DNA of 64,000 nt from Clostridium sp. (GTDB lineage: Bacteria; Bacillota_I; Bacilli_A; RF39; UBA660), in assembly GCA_023665725.1 (NCBI GenBank), contig JAMPDH010000002.1, forward strand, positions 7,893 to 71,892, read 5' to 3'. This document shows, one piece after another, positions 1 through 9,823 of the stretch. A model generated the notes under the pieces. It saw only the letters and a program-made list of their open reading frames with translations. It was not told the DNA's origin and ran no database searches. The position numbers and the translations under genes are program-made. How positions within the stretch are numbered: the stretch's first letter is position 1; the number at the start of each line of letters is the position of its first letter.

Positions 1-1979
1 TTTTCATCATCAATCGTGTACCCAACTAATTTTAACTTATCTCTAGCTTCCTCAATAGTTTCATATTTTTGATTTATAAGTTGATAATATAAACCAATTA
101 TTTTTATATTTTTCATCTCTTTATTTATTAAATATAAATATATAGGCAATTGCATATCAATACCATATTTTATATTATCTAAACTAGTATTAGGACTCCC
201 TGTTTTATAATCAACTATAATGCCATAAATATCATTATTTTCTTTCAAATACATGAGTTTATCAATAACTCCCATAAATGTTACTTTTATATCATGACCT
301 TTATCTATATATATTTGTTTTTCATATAAGCTATTATTTAATTTTGTATATTTTTTCTGTTCATTTATTATTTGTATAACATCTTTTAATGAAGATATAA
401 GTTTATTTATAAAAAATAATTCCTTATTTGAAAAACTTTTATTTAAGTCTTTTAGATACTTTTTTACTTCATAATCAAAATTAAAATCTTTATTAAATGC
501 AACAGATAATATATAATGATATAAATTACCTATTACTAGATAAAACTTATCATTTTCTATATTTAGTTTAAGTATATCATTTACATAGTATTTAAATTTA
601 CAATTATAGTAATTATTAATACTAGAATATGAAAGTAATAATTTATTACCCAAAAAATTGTATAAATTTTTATTATCTATACCTTTAAAACTATTATCAT
701 ATGATTTATAGTTTAAATTATATATAGAATATAATAAATTTAAATTATCATTTTTATATCCATATTTTATATATAAATCCAAATAATTAGTTAAATTTAG
801 TTTATTTATTCCATTTGAATACTTAGATATTAATGTACTTTTTTTAATAACTTCTATATTTAATTCATCTATTAAAGAACATTTGAAAAAATTAGAATTA
901 AAAGATTTTAATGAATATGTAATAGTTAAATTAGGTAAATTTTTCAAATAATTTATAGTATTTTTTTTAACAATTAAATTTATATCTTTAGAAGTATCAT
1001 AACCTAATAATTTTTTATTATCATCTGATAAATAATCTTCATCTTTATTAAGGACAGGATAATTACTATTAAATCCAAGTAAAAAGTTATACTTTAATTC
1101 TTTATTTAATTTTATAGAATTTAAGTATCTAATGGACTCAATCTTTGTAACTTTCACCTCATGAACAATTAAATCATATAAATATATATCTTCACACCAA
1201 CTATATTTATTACATATTTTTAAAAATTTATCATACAATTTTGAAGCTTTAATAGAATTAAGTGCTTCTTGTAATCCTTTTTCTTTTAAAGTTTTTAAAA
1301 ACATTTTGCATGTATTTGTTCCATATAAATAATTATCCTTATTTTCTTCTATAGGAATATTGTAAAGTTTAAATACTAATGACAAAATTTCAGTATATTC
1401 ATCTTCTACATTTAATATTGCTATATCATTTATATCAACATTATTACTTATAAGATTTGAAATTTTCTCAGCAATAAATGATATTTCATCTAGCATATTT
1501 TCAAATTCATAACATTTATCTATTACAAATTCTTTTTTGTTATTTTTTAATATTTCGACATCTGTAATTTGTTTTAAATCCTCTACTATGTGCATTTCAT
1601 AATGATTTAGTTTCGTATACCCATATATTTTTATAGATTTACTTTTTAAATATGATTTATATAAATCATTATATATAAGTAAATTATTAGATATTAACTC
1701 ATTTTTTATTTTAACTAAATTATCTAGTTTTTCTATATTATAACTTTTATCTTCAACATAATATAAATTATCTATTATAATTTTAGCATTATCAAATTTA
1801 AAATTATATTCTTTCATCAAAAAATGTATTGCTTTTTCATCATAACTAAAATATAACTCATTTTTTATATCATTAAAAGTAGTTATTTTTATATTATGTA
1901 ATTTATTACTTAAATCAAAAATTAATTTATTTTTAAGATTAGTTGGTACAATAAGTAAAATATCTTGATTTGAGTGCAT
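1..1979 (-). CDS. AddB/RexB-like helicase-nuclease subunit B, 5' portion (gene runs off the left edge of the window)
   Basis: Not in the ORF track because there is no stop in the window. My own translation from ATG at 1979 (MHSNQDILLIVPTNLKNK...) stays open for about 659 codons down to position 1. The distal part carries PD-(D/E)xK/Cas4-type motifs GVIDKLMY...IVDYKTG...QLPIYIY as in AddB/RexB. ILNVEDEYTEILSLVFKLYNIPIE resembles the AddB central region. There is no Walker A at the N-terminus (RexB-like). Confidence 0.6.
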   Translation of the reverse strand, partial: MHSNQDILLIVPTNLKNKLIFDLSNKLHNIKITTFNDIKNELYFSYDEKAIHFLMKEYNFKFDNAKIIIDNLYYVEDKSYNIEKLDNLVKIKNELISNNLLIYNDLYKSYLKSKSIKIYGYTKLNHYEMHIVEDLKQITDVEILKNNKKEFVIDKCYEFENMLDEISFIAEKISNLISNNVDINDIAILNVEDEYTEILSLVFKLYNIPIEENKDNYLYGTNTCKMFLKTLKEKGLQEALNSIKASKLYDKFLKICNKYSWCEDIYLYDLIVHEVKVTKIESIRYLNSIKLNKELKYNFLLGFNSNYPVLNKDEDYLSDDNKKLLGYDTSKDINLIVKKNTINYLKNLPNLTITYSLKSFNSNFFKCSLIDELNIEVIKKSTLISKYSNGINKLNLTNYLDLYIKYGYKNDNLNLLYSIYNLNYKSYDNSFKGIDNKNLYNFLGNKLLLSYSSINNYYNCKFKYYVNDILKLNIENDKFYLVIGNLYHYILSVAFNKDFNFDYEVKKYLKDLNKSFSNKELFFINKLISSLKDVIQIINEQKKYTKLNNSLYEKQIYIDKGHDIKVTFMGVIDKLMYLKENNDIYGIIVDYKTGSPNTSLDNIKYGIDMQLPIYLYLINKEMKNIKIIGLYYQLINQKYETIEEARDKLKLVGYTIDDE

Positions 1980-2030
1980 AGTAAATCACTTCCTAATATA
2001 ATTTTATCAAATAGGAATGAGGAAATCTAT

Positions 2031-2053
2031 AAAAAAAATCTAAAATTAGATTT
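2031..2053 (-). terminator. weak AT-rich hairpin plus U-run between the helicase gene and the addB-like gene
   Basis: Minus strand reads AAAUCUA-AUUU-UAGAUUU followed by UUUUU. The stem is 7 bp with only one G-C pair. Confidence 0.3.
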
Positions 2054-2252
2054 TTAATTTTATCAATTATTAACATAATTTTTACTTTCCTCATCCATTT
2101 CAAAATAATCAATTAAATCTTGATCTAATATAGTGGATTTAAATATTTTCATATTATCAACTCATCTTTCTAAGTTATATAATAATATAATATTTACAAG
2201 ATTTTTGTATAATTTTGTAATTAATACTGCTCTAATTTATATATTTTAATTA

Positions 2253-4475
2253 TTAACAGAACTTTTGAATAACATTTTGATTATTACTAATTTCATTTAT
2301 AAAAATAGATGGATTTTTAATAGGAGTTACTATATATACTTTATTTTTTGTTCTTGTAAGAGCCACATAAAAAAGCCTTCTTTCCTCAGGATAAGCAATA
2401 TTTTCTAATATATTACTATCAAAAACACTAATTAAATCATCATTTTTTATTTTACTTGGAAATCCATGTATATCATCGATTGCATTTATCAATATTACCT
2501 CATCAAAACCTAATCCTTTAGATGCATGAACTGTTAAAAAGGAAATATCTGAATTACTACAACTATTACATATTATTTTGTTATCAATACCCTTTTTAAA
2601 ATATTTGCTTTCTAATAAATCATTTATATCACTATTATATCTTCCAAGTAATAAAATTTTTGAAGTTTTATTTTCTAAATATATATTATTAATTATATTA
2701 TTTATAACTTCTATCTTATTATTATCATAATAATTTATTTCTATAGGATTTTCTAAATGCTTATTTGATACTAAATTTTTCTTATATTGATTAGTATTTT
2801 TACATACAAAGTTACCTGCTACATCTATAAGTTCCTGACTATTTCTATAAGTTTTTGTTATTTTAATGATTTTTGAATATCCAAATAATTTATCAAAATC
2901 AGTAAATAAAGATATTTTGGAACCAGAAAATCCATATATAGATTGCCAATCATCTCCAACAGCAATAATCTTGGAATTAAATGTATCAGATATTTTTTTT
3001 ATAAAATTATATTTTTGGAAAGATACATCTTGATATTCATCAATTATTAAATAACTATAATTAACATTTTTATTTAACTCTTTATATTTAGAAATATCAC
3101 AACATGCATAATTTATCATATCCTCAAAGTCTATTTTATAATCATTATGTATTAAAGTATTATAATAATTTACTACTATTTTTATTAAATCTAATTGATT
3201 TTTTACTATGCTATCATTAGTTTTCCCTTTTAAAATATCAATATCATTATCACAATAATTATTTTCTTTAAACTTAGTTATAAATGTAATACTTAAAAAC
3301 AAAAACTTAGAAAATAAATTATCCATACTTGTTTGCATTAATCTTATAAAAATTTCTTTATTAGTCCTTGTATTAAATATTAGACTTGATTTTTTTAATT
3401 TTCTTATAATGTTTTCATATATTCTTTTATTATTAAATATGATATTTAAAAAATTTTTATATTTATATAATTCATCATAATAAACATCTTCATCTAATAA
3501 AAATCCAATATTTGCATCATCTGAAAAGACAGAAAAATATTTAATACTTTTATTTAATTCATTTAAATCAATAACATATTTATAAGGAATATTTAATTTA
3601 TATAAAAAATTAGCAATCTTTACATCATATAAATCCTTTAAATGTTCACCATTTATAGAAATCAAATTCTTTAATCTGTCATTTACAATACTTTCATTAA
3701 ATTCTTTTATTTTACCTTTTTCTTTTTTATATTTTTTTTTAATATAATAACTATAATAATCATCATAATTTAAATATTTATAACTTTTTCTATCAAAAGA
3801 TAAATAATTATTGAAATATTTATTAAAATCTTTAAATAACTTTTTATTTTTAAATATTTTTTCTAAAAATATTTTTTTTAATACTAAGTATTTAGTTTTA
3901 TCATCGATTACTTTTAAATTATTATTATTTACTCCTTTTAATATTTCCATACCAAGTTTATGAAATGTAGTAACCTTAGCACCTAACTTAAATTCTTTAT
4001 TTATTTTTTCATTCAATTCTTCAGTTGCTTTCTTAGTAAAAGACATAACTATTATACTAGATGGATTAATATTACATTTTTCTATTAAATATTTTACCTT
4101 TGCAGACATTGTAGTAGTCTTTCCACTTCCCGCACCTGCTATTAGTAAAGAATAATCTTCATCACTTAATAAAACTTTCCTTTGTTCATCATCTAATTTT
4201 ATATTAGAATCAATATTTTTAAATATATTATCAAAATAATTTTTATATAAAATAAGTTTCTGATTTATAAAATCATCATTATGTTTTTTAATAGTTAAAT
4301 CAATATTTTTACATAAGTTATTATCTACTTTATTAATATTTTTAAATAAATACTCATATTTACTACATATAATATTATAACTTTTTTTAGATATATAAAT
4401 ATCTTTATTAATAAGATTATTAAACTCTTTTAAAAAATTTTCAATTAAATATTTTAAATATAATTCTTCATTCAT
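2253..4475 (-). CDS. UvrD/Rep superfamily 1 DNA helicase, helicase IV (HelD)-like
   Basis: Walker A LLIAGAGSGKTTT, motif II IIDEYQDVS, motif V/VI TVHASKGLGFDEVIL and RRLFYVALTRTKNKVYIV. The N-terminal ~115 aa lie ahead of the P-loop, as in helicase IV. The track start is 4529; I prefer ATG at 4475 (MNEELYLKY) with TGGAGG 6 nt upstream. Confidence 0.75.
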   Translation of the reverse strand: MNEELYLKYLIENFLKEFNNLINKDIYISKKSYNIICSKYEYLFKNINKVDNNLCKNIDLTIKKHNDDFINQKLILYKNYFDNIFKNIDSNIKLDDEQRKVLLSDEDYSLLIAGAGSGKTTTMSAKVKYLIEKCNINPSSIIVMSFTKKATEELNEKINKEFKLGAKVTTFHKLGMEILKGVNNNNLKVIDDKTKYLVLKKIFLEKIFKNKKLFKDFNKYFNNYLSFDRKSYKYLNYDDYYSYYIKKKYKKEKGKIKEFNESIVNDRLKNLISINGEHLKDLYDVKIANFLYKLNIPYKYVIDLNELNKSIKYFSVFSDDANIGFLLDEDVYYDELYKYKNFLNIIFNNKRIYENIIRKLKKSSLIFNTRTNKEIFIRLMQTSMDNLFSKFLFLSITFITKFKENNYCDNDIDILKGKTNDSIVKNQLDLIKIVVNYYNTLIHNDYKIDFEDMINYACCDISKYKELNKNVNYSYLIIDEYQDVSFQKYNFIKKISDTFNSKIIAVGDDWQSIYGFSGSKISLFTDFDKLFGYSKIIKITKTYRNSQELIDVAGNFVCKNTNQYKKNLVSNKHLENPIEINYYDNNKIEVINNIINNIYLENKTSKILLLGRYNSDINDLLESKYFKKGIDNKIICNSCSNSDISFLTVHASKGLGFDEVILINAIDDIHGFPSKIKNDDLISVFDSNILENIAYPEERRLFYVALTRTKNKVYIVTPIKNPSIFINEISNNQNVIQKFC

Positions 4476-4565
4476 ATATTGCCTCCAAAACAAATATATG
4501 AAATCGTATAATACTATCTCTTTAAACAAAGTATAACACTAAATTACTACTTTTAAAAGTATTAT

Positions 4566-4595
4566 ATAAAAAAGGGAATAGATTTTTACTATTCC
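4566..4595 (-). terminator. rho-independent terminator after htrA
   Basis: Minus strand reads GGAAUAG-UAAAAAU-CUAUUCC followed by CUUUUUUAU. The 5' arm overlaps the htrA stop codon. A TATAAT for the helicase gene follows. Confidence 0.55.
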
Positions 4596-5680
4596 ATAGT
4601 TTTTCCTAAAGTAACATTAGCTTTATGAATTGCATTATCCCTATAATACTCAATTGTTACAGTATCCCCAACCTTATATTTATATAATAAATATACCATA
4701 TATGTAGAATTCTCTACTTCAACACCATCTATTTTTAAAATAATATCTCCTCTTTTAAATCCTACTTTTGAGGCTGGTGAATTACTGATTATATTTATAA
4801 TTACAACACCTTTTTCAATAGTTTCAGGAACATCAATATTATAACGTTTTAAATAGTATTTGTTATCAGTTACGCTTATAGTTTCAACACCTATTGCAGG
4901 TCTTTCTATCTTTCCATTAGTTTCTAATGTATCCACATAAGTCATAACTAGCTCTATTGGTATAGCAAATCCCATTCCTTCAACTTCATCTTGAACCAAT
5001 TTTAAAGAATTTATACCAATAACTTCACCTTTTAAATTAACAAGAGGTCCCCCACTATTACCTGGATTTATAGCAGCATCAGTTTGCAATACTTCCATTA
5101 CTGATTGAGTCCCATCATCTGCTTTAACAGTAACCTGTCTATCTTTACCAGATAATATTCCTTTTGTAACTGTTCCAACATATCCAAGTGGTGACCCTAC
5201 TGTAAATACAGAATCTCCAACACTCATATCTTCACTTCTACCAATAGTAGCAACAGATATAACAGAATTGGCATCTACTTTTAAAACTGCAACATCTGAA
5301 TATACATCACTACCAAGTACAGTTGCTTCATAGGTATTACCATCTGTAAATGTTACTTCTACTTTTTTAGAACCAGTTATAACATGATTATTAGTTAAAA
5401 TATATCCAGAATCATTTGTTTTTTTATAAACAAAACCAGTTCCAGATGATTTTCCCTTACTATTAATACTTTCTATTAATACAACAGCATCATATACTTG
5501 TTCAATACTATTTTTTATAGTATCACTTTCTGTAAGTGTTATATTCCTTACAACAGTTTCCCCTATTTCTGATACCATTTCTGGTTCTTTATAAAAATAT
5601 TCTTTATAAACAAATAATCCACAAAAAGCAATTAGAAGTGTTGTTAAACTAGTTACAGCATAAGGTATTATTTTTTTCAT
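4589..5680 (-). CDS. htrA: membrane-anchored HtrA/DegP-family serine protease with C-terminal PDZ domain
   Basis: N-terminal TM segment. Catalytic His (TNNHVI), Asp (SDVAVLKV) and Ser (GNSGGPLVN). The C-terminal region SPASKVGFKRGDIILKIDG is PDZ-like. Confidence 0.85.
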   Translation of the reverse strand: MKKIIPYAVTSLTTLLIAFCGLFVYKEYFYKEPEMVSEIGETVVRNITLTESDTIKNSIEQVYDAVVLIESINSKGKSSGTGFVYKKTNDSGYILTNNHVITGSKKVEVTFTDGNTYEATVLGSDVYSDVAVLKVDANSVISVATIGRSEDMSVGDSVFTVGSPLGYVGTVTKGILSGKDRQVTVKADDGTQSVMEVLQTDAAINPGNSGGPLVNLKGEVIGINSLKLVQDEVEGMGFAIPIELVMTYVDTLETNGKIERPAIGVETISVTDNKYYLKRYNIDVPETIEKGVVIINIISNSPASKVGFKRGDIILKIDGVEVENSTYMVYLLYKYKVGDTVTIEYYRDNAIHKANVTLGKTME

Positions 5681-5690
5681 TTACTCATTC

Positions 5691-6623
5691 CTATTCTATT
5701 ATTTGATCCCAGTTTACAGGAAAGCCTATTTTATTAAGTACTGTAGGCACATCCAAAGTATTAATTTTACCATTTAATCTATCTATCTCATAGTTAAGTT
5801 CGCCATATAAATCTCTAAATTTATCCTCATCTAACATATGTTTTAAAATTATTAGAAGTGAAAATAAATCATTTTTTCCATATTTATATATATCATCTAT
5901 TTTTTCTATTCCAAGTCTTCTATGTATAGCATCATCTGGTATCATTCTTTGAGTTCTGTGATCATATAACATATCTTCGTGAGCACATAAATTTCTATAG
6001 TTTGCAAGTATAGATAGATATGTTATTAAAGTATCAACATCTAAGTTATAAAGAGATGCTATTTCAATTTGATCTGTCGTTTTTAATATGCCATAAAGTT
6101 CAGAAAGTATACCAAATGATAAAACTTTAACAAGTATCCACATAGGGATATACCCATAATTATTTATATAATGCATTGTTGCTGTATGTCTATTAGCATT
6201 TAATCTAATTTGTCTTTTCATTTTATTTAATACATCTTTAACTTGTCTTACTTTTAATGCATCATTATTAAAATTATCTACATTTAAATAATCTTTTTCC
6301 TTATATCCATAATTTTTAGATAATTGATAACTCAAAATAGATTTTATATTATTTTCAACTATTAATATATTTTTAAAAAATATAGTTCTTATTGTTCTAT
6401 CAAAGCAAAACATAGTATATAATTCTTCAAAGGTAGTTCCTTCTATAAAATTGCTATCTCCAAAATTTTTAGTAAAGAAGTGTCTATAACCACTTATAAA
6501 GAAATAATTTTCCTTAAATAAAATTTCTTTTGCTCTATCAATATCATTTATAATTAATCCTTTATTCTTTAGTATTTCTATTTGTTGGTCTAATGTTTTA
6601 AATATTTTACTCTTTCCTGCCAT
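5691..6623 (-). CDS. Abi family protein (Abi_2, AbiD/AbiF-like abortive-infection family)
   Basis: The N-terminus KTLDQQIEILKNKGLIINDIDRAKEILFKENYFFISGYRHFF matches the characteristic Abi_2 start, recalled from family members. Size is ~310 aa. Its stop lies only 10 nt from the htrA start. Confidence 0.7.
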   Translation of the reverse strand: MAGKSKIFKTLDQQIEILKNKGLIINDIDRAKEILFKENYFFISGYRHFFTKNFGDSNFIEGTTFEELYTMFCFDRTIRTIFFKNILIVENNIKSILSYQLSKNYGYKEKDYLNVDNFNNDALKVRQVKDVLNKMKRQIRLNANRHTATMHYINNYGYIPMWILVKVLSFGILSELYGILKTTDQIEIASLYNLDVDTLITYLSILANYRNLCAHEDMLYDHRTQRMIPDDAIHRRLGIEKIDDIYKYGKNDLFSLLIILKHMLDEDKFRDLYGELNYEIDRLNGKINTLDVPTVLNKIGFPVNWDQIIE

Positions 6624-6641
6624 TACTTACCACCTATAGTA

Positions 6642-6650
6642 ATTATAACA
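6642..6650 (-). promoter_or_regulatory. candidate extended -10 promoter (TGtTATAAT) for the abi-htrA pair
   Basis: Minus strand reads TGTTATAAT about 20 nt upstream of the abi ATG, followed by the GGTGGT Shine-Dalgarno. There is no good -35. Confidence 0.35.
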
Positions 6651-6685
6651 TAATATATATGAAAAAAATATGAAATATTGTTGTA

Positions 6686-7348
6686 TTATGAATGAAAATA
6701 GTTATTTACTCCTTTAGTTATAGCATTAACAATTCTATTTTGATATGTATCTTCTTGTAAAAGATATCTTTCACTAGGATTACTTAAAAATCCAGCCTCT
6801 ATTAAAACACCCGGTATTTTAACTCTTTGATACATATACCTATCTTTTAATTCCTTATATTCTCTACTAGTTTTTAATTCTTTTTTTAATGTTTCCTGCA
6901 TAATAATAGCTATATCTTTATTCTTAGGATTTACATCATCGTAAAATACTTGAGCACCTCTCCAAGTTGAAGAAGCTATAGAATTTAAATGAATCGATAT
7001 ATACATATCGCAATTGGATTCATTAATTATTCTAGCTCTCATACCTAAATCACTTCTTTTTCTATTAACAGCATTATTTACAGCTAAATCATAATCACCT
7101 GTTCTTGTGAGTAACACTATTGCTCCCTGACTTTCTAAAGAAGAAGCAAGTTTTAAACTTATACTAAGATTAATATTAGATTCATATATATCTTTATATA
7201 TAGCCCCAGGATCTTTTCCCCCATGACCAGGGTCGACATATATTACCTTTCCTAATAAAGGCAAATCATTACTATTTGCCCCTACAAATTCAAATGCACA
7301 TAAAAAAATTATTAATAAAAAAACAACATACATTTTATATTTAGTCAC
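6686..7348 (-). CDS. cwlD: N-acetylmuramoyl-L-alanine amidase, CwlD-like (Amidase_3)
   Basis: Signal anchor followed by VIYVDPGHGGKDPGA ... ISIHLN ... LIEAGFLSN. The ~220 aa size is typical of germination-specific CwlD. GTG start with AGGTGA Shine-Dalgarno. Confidence 0.7.
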   Translation of the reverse strand: MTKYKMYVVFLLIIFLCAFEFVGANSNDLPLLGKVIYVDPGHGGKDPGAIYKDIYESNINLSISLKLASSLESQGAIVLLTRTGDYDLAVNNAVNRKRSDLGMRARIINESNCDMYISIHLNSIASSTWRGAQVFYDDVNPKNKDIAIIMQETLKKELKTSREYKELKDRYMYQRVKIPGVLIEAGFLSNPSERYLLQEDTYQNRIVNAITKGVNNYFHS

Positions 7349-7421
7349 ATTATCACCTAATTAAATATATGTTATTTATTTACTTTTTATCTTTACCAAT
7401 AATTGAAAACTTTTATATAAA

Positions 7422-9617
7422 CTATTTTCTATTAATTTTTAATCTTAAAGCATTAAATACTACAAATAAACTACTAAAAATCATTGCTATACTCGCCAAC
7501 ATAGGATTAATAGTTATATTCCATTTATTAAATAATCCCATAGCAATAGGTATCATACAAGTATTATATAAAAATGCCCAAAATAGATTTTGTTTAATAT
7601 TTTTTAAAGTTTTCTTACTTATTTTAATTAAGTCTACTATTTTAAATAAATCACTATTCATTAAAATAACATCAGAAGAATCCATTGCAATGTCAGTTCC
7701 AGTTGAAACTGATATACCAATATCGGCATTTACTAAACTTGGCGCATCATTGATTCCATCCCCAACCATAGCTATGATTTTATTATCATTTTTTAACTTT
7801 TTTATAATATTCGATTTTTCCTTTGGAATAACATTAGATATAATATTTTTTATACCAAGTTTTTCTGCAACTAAACGGGCGGATATTTCATTATCACCTG
7901 TTAACATAACAGTATTAATACCCATATTTTTTAAAGTAGAAATTGCTTTTTTTGCTTCTTTCCTTATAGTATTTTTAACCCCAACAAGGCCAATTATCCT
8001 TTTATTTTTAACTACATATACAATACTATTACCATCACTTATTAACATTTCTTCGTCTGATATATGTGAATTATTTATTTTAAGTTTATCTAACATTTTA
8101 GAATTACATGCATAATATTTATTATTACCCTTTTTACCCATTATTCCATAACCCGGCAAATTTTCTATTATAATGTTCTTATCATAAGAGATATTTTCAT
8201 TATTTATATAATTCATAATTCCTTTAGCAATAGGATGTGTAGATAAATTTTCTAAACTTCCTAAAATTGATAGAACCTCCCTATTACTTACATTTTCATA
8301 ATTAAAAATCTTAGAAATAGTCAAATTAGCATTTGTAAGAGTCCCTGTTTTATCAAATACTACTGTATCTACTTTACTTATTTGCTCTAGTGTTTCGCTG
8401 GATTTTATAAGAATACCTTTTTCTGCACATATACCTTCACTAACTACAATTGCAAGTGGTGTTGCAAGACCTAATGCACACGGACAAGCTACAACCAATA
8501 TTGTAACAAAACGAGTTAAACTTTCATTAAAAGGTATTCCAATTATAATACATATCACAAATGTTAAAATAGATAAAATCATAATAATTGGAACAAAATA
8601 ACTACTTATTTTATCTGCTAAAAGTGAAATAGGAGCCTTTGTATTAGTCGCTTCAACTACTAGATTAACTATTTCAGAAATCATTGAGTCAGAACCAATT
8701 TTTTCAGCTTTATATAATATAATGCCATCATAGTTAATAGAACCTGCTATAACTTTATTACCTTTCTTCTTTACTGTTGGTTTAGACTCCCCTGTAATAA
8801 AAGATTCATCAAAATGACTTTCACCTTCAACTATAGTTCCATCAACGGCAATTTTATCTCCGGCAAAAGCTATTAATATATCGCCTTTCTTAACTTCATC
8901 TATTGTAACTTCTTTAACATCATCACCTATTTTAATTTTAGCAATATTTGGAGTTATGGTTACTAACTTTTTAATCGCACTTTTTGTTTTCTCTTTACTA
9001 CTTTTATCTATAAATCTTCCAAGTTTAATAAAATAAATAACAAAAGCTGTTGATTCAAAATAAAATCTGTGTAGATATTCTTCATTACCTAATAAAACCA
9101 TAATAACTCCAAATAAACTATATAAAAAACTGCTTATAACACCAATTCCTACAAGAGTATCCATATTAGGCATTTTATGAATAAGGTTTTTTAAACCATT
9201 TTTTAATATATCAAAACCATAGTACAAAAATGGAATAGTTAAAATAAGTAAACATATTGAATAATTTATAGGAGATATTTTCATGTCTAAAAAACTAGGT
9301 ATAGGGAAGTTAAACATATTAGACATAGATATATACATTAAAAGAATCGCTAAAAGTCCAAAGATAAAAAATGGAGCCATACTTTCCTTTTTTATATCAT
9401 CATTCAAGGATGCAACACCTAATGATTTAAATCCTGCTTCAATTATATATTTTTCTAAATCTTTCATTTTTATATTATCTTCATACTCTATACTAGCTGT
9501 TGCCATAACTAAATTAACACTTGCTGTTATTCCACTTTGTTTATTTAAATATTTTTCTAATCCATTTGAACAAGCACTACAAGTCATGCCCTCAATACTT
9601 AATATTACTTTTTTCAT
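7422..9617 (-). CDS. copA: copper-translocating P1B-type ATPase (CopA-like)
   Basis: N-terminal HMA domain GMTCSACSNGLEKYL, TM CPC motif (VACPCALGLATP), DKTGTLT, STHPIAKGI, GDGINDAP. Confidence 0.85.
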   Translation of the reverse strand: MKKVILSIEGMTCSACSNGLEKYLNKQSGITASVNLVMATASIEYEDNIKMKDLEKYIIEAGFKSLGVASLNDDIKKESMAPFFIFGLLAILLMYISMSNMFNFPIPSFLDMKISPINYSICLLILTIPFLYYGFDILKNGLKNLIHKMPNMDTLVGIGVISSFLYSLFGVIMVLLGNEEYLHRFYFESTAFVIYFIKLGRFIDKSSKEKTKSAIKKLVTITPNIAKIKIGDDVKEVTIDEVKKGDILIAFAGDKIAVDGTIVEGESHFDESFITGESKPTVKKKGNKVIAGSINYDGIILYKAEKIGSDSMISEIVNLVVEATNTKAPISLLADKISSYFVPIIMILSILTFVICIIIGIPFNESLTRFVTILVVACPCALGLATPLAIVVSEGICAEKGILIKSSETLEQISKVDTVVFDKTGTLTNANLTISKIFNYENVSNREVLSILGSLENLSTHPIAKGIMNYINNENISYDKNIIIENLPGYGIMGKKGNNKYYACNSKMLDKLKINNSHISDEEMLISDGNSIVYVVKNKRIIGLVGVKNTIRKEAKKAISTLKNMGINTVMLTGDNEISARLVAEKLGIKNIISNVIPKEKSNIIKKLKNDNKIIAMVGDGINDAPSLVNADIGISVSTGTDIAMDSSDVILMNSDLFKIVDLIKISKKTLKNIKQNLFWAFLYNTCMIPIAMGLFNKWNITINPMLASIAMIFSSLFVVFNALRLKINRK

Positions 9618-9823
9618 TAATTTTCCCTTATTTTAAAACCTAAATTTTCTATTTTATTTTTAACTATACTCTCATCTAATTTTTGATTTAGTTTTATAAC
9701 TACAATACCTTTAGTATAATCACATATAACATTATCTACTTCTTCTAATAATTCTAAACTGTTTTTAATTCTATTTTCGCAACCCTTACATTCCATTCCT
9801 ATAATATTTAAATTAATTTTCAT
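9617..9823 (-). CDS. copZ: CopZ-like heavy-metal-associated (HMA) metallochaperone
   Basis: 68 aa with GMECKGCENRIKNSL (CxxC). The stop overlaps the copA ATG by 1 nt (TAATG). Confidence 0.75.
   Translation of the reverse strand: MKINLNIIGMECKGCENRIKNSLELLEEVDNVICDYTKGIVVIKLNQKLDESIVKNKIENLGFKIREN

Noticed and set aside
2063-2152. A 29-codon minus-strand ORF (MKIFKSTILDQDLIDYFEMDEESKNYVNN) in the helicase-addB spacer.
   Set aside because: It is very short, has only a weak Shine-Dalgarno (GAAAGATGAG) and no recognisable family. An ORF of this size is expected by chance.
7369-8115. A 248-aa plus-strand ORF, and all other plus-strand ORFs in the track (e.g. 9283-9636, 13203-13661, 17394-17789, 24859-25143, 50839-51240, 56169-56516, 56905-57333).
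   Set aside because: Each lies entirely antisense to a well-supported minus-strand gene. Each has low-complexity Phe/Ile/Leu/Ser-rich composition typical of the reverse frame of AT-rich coding DNA. None has a convincing Shine-Dalgarno or a recognisable motif.
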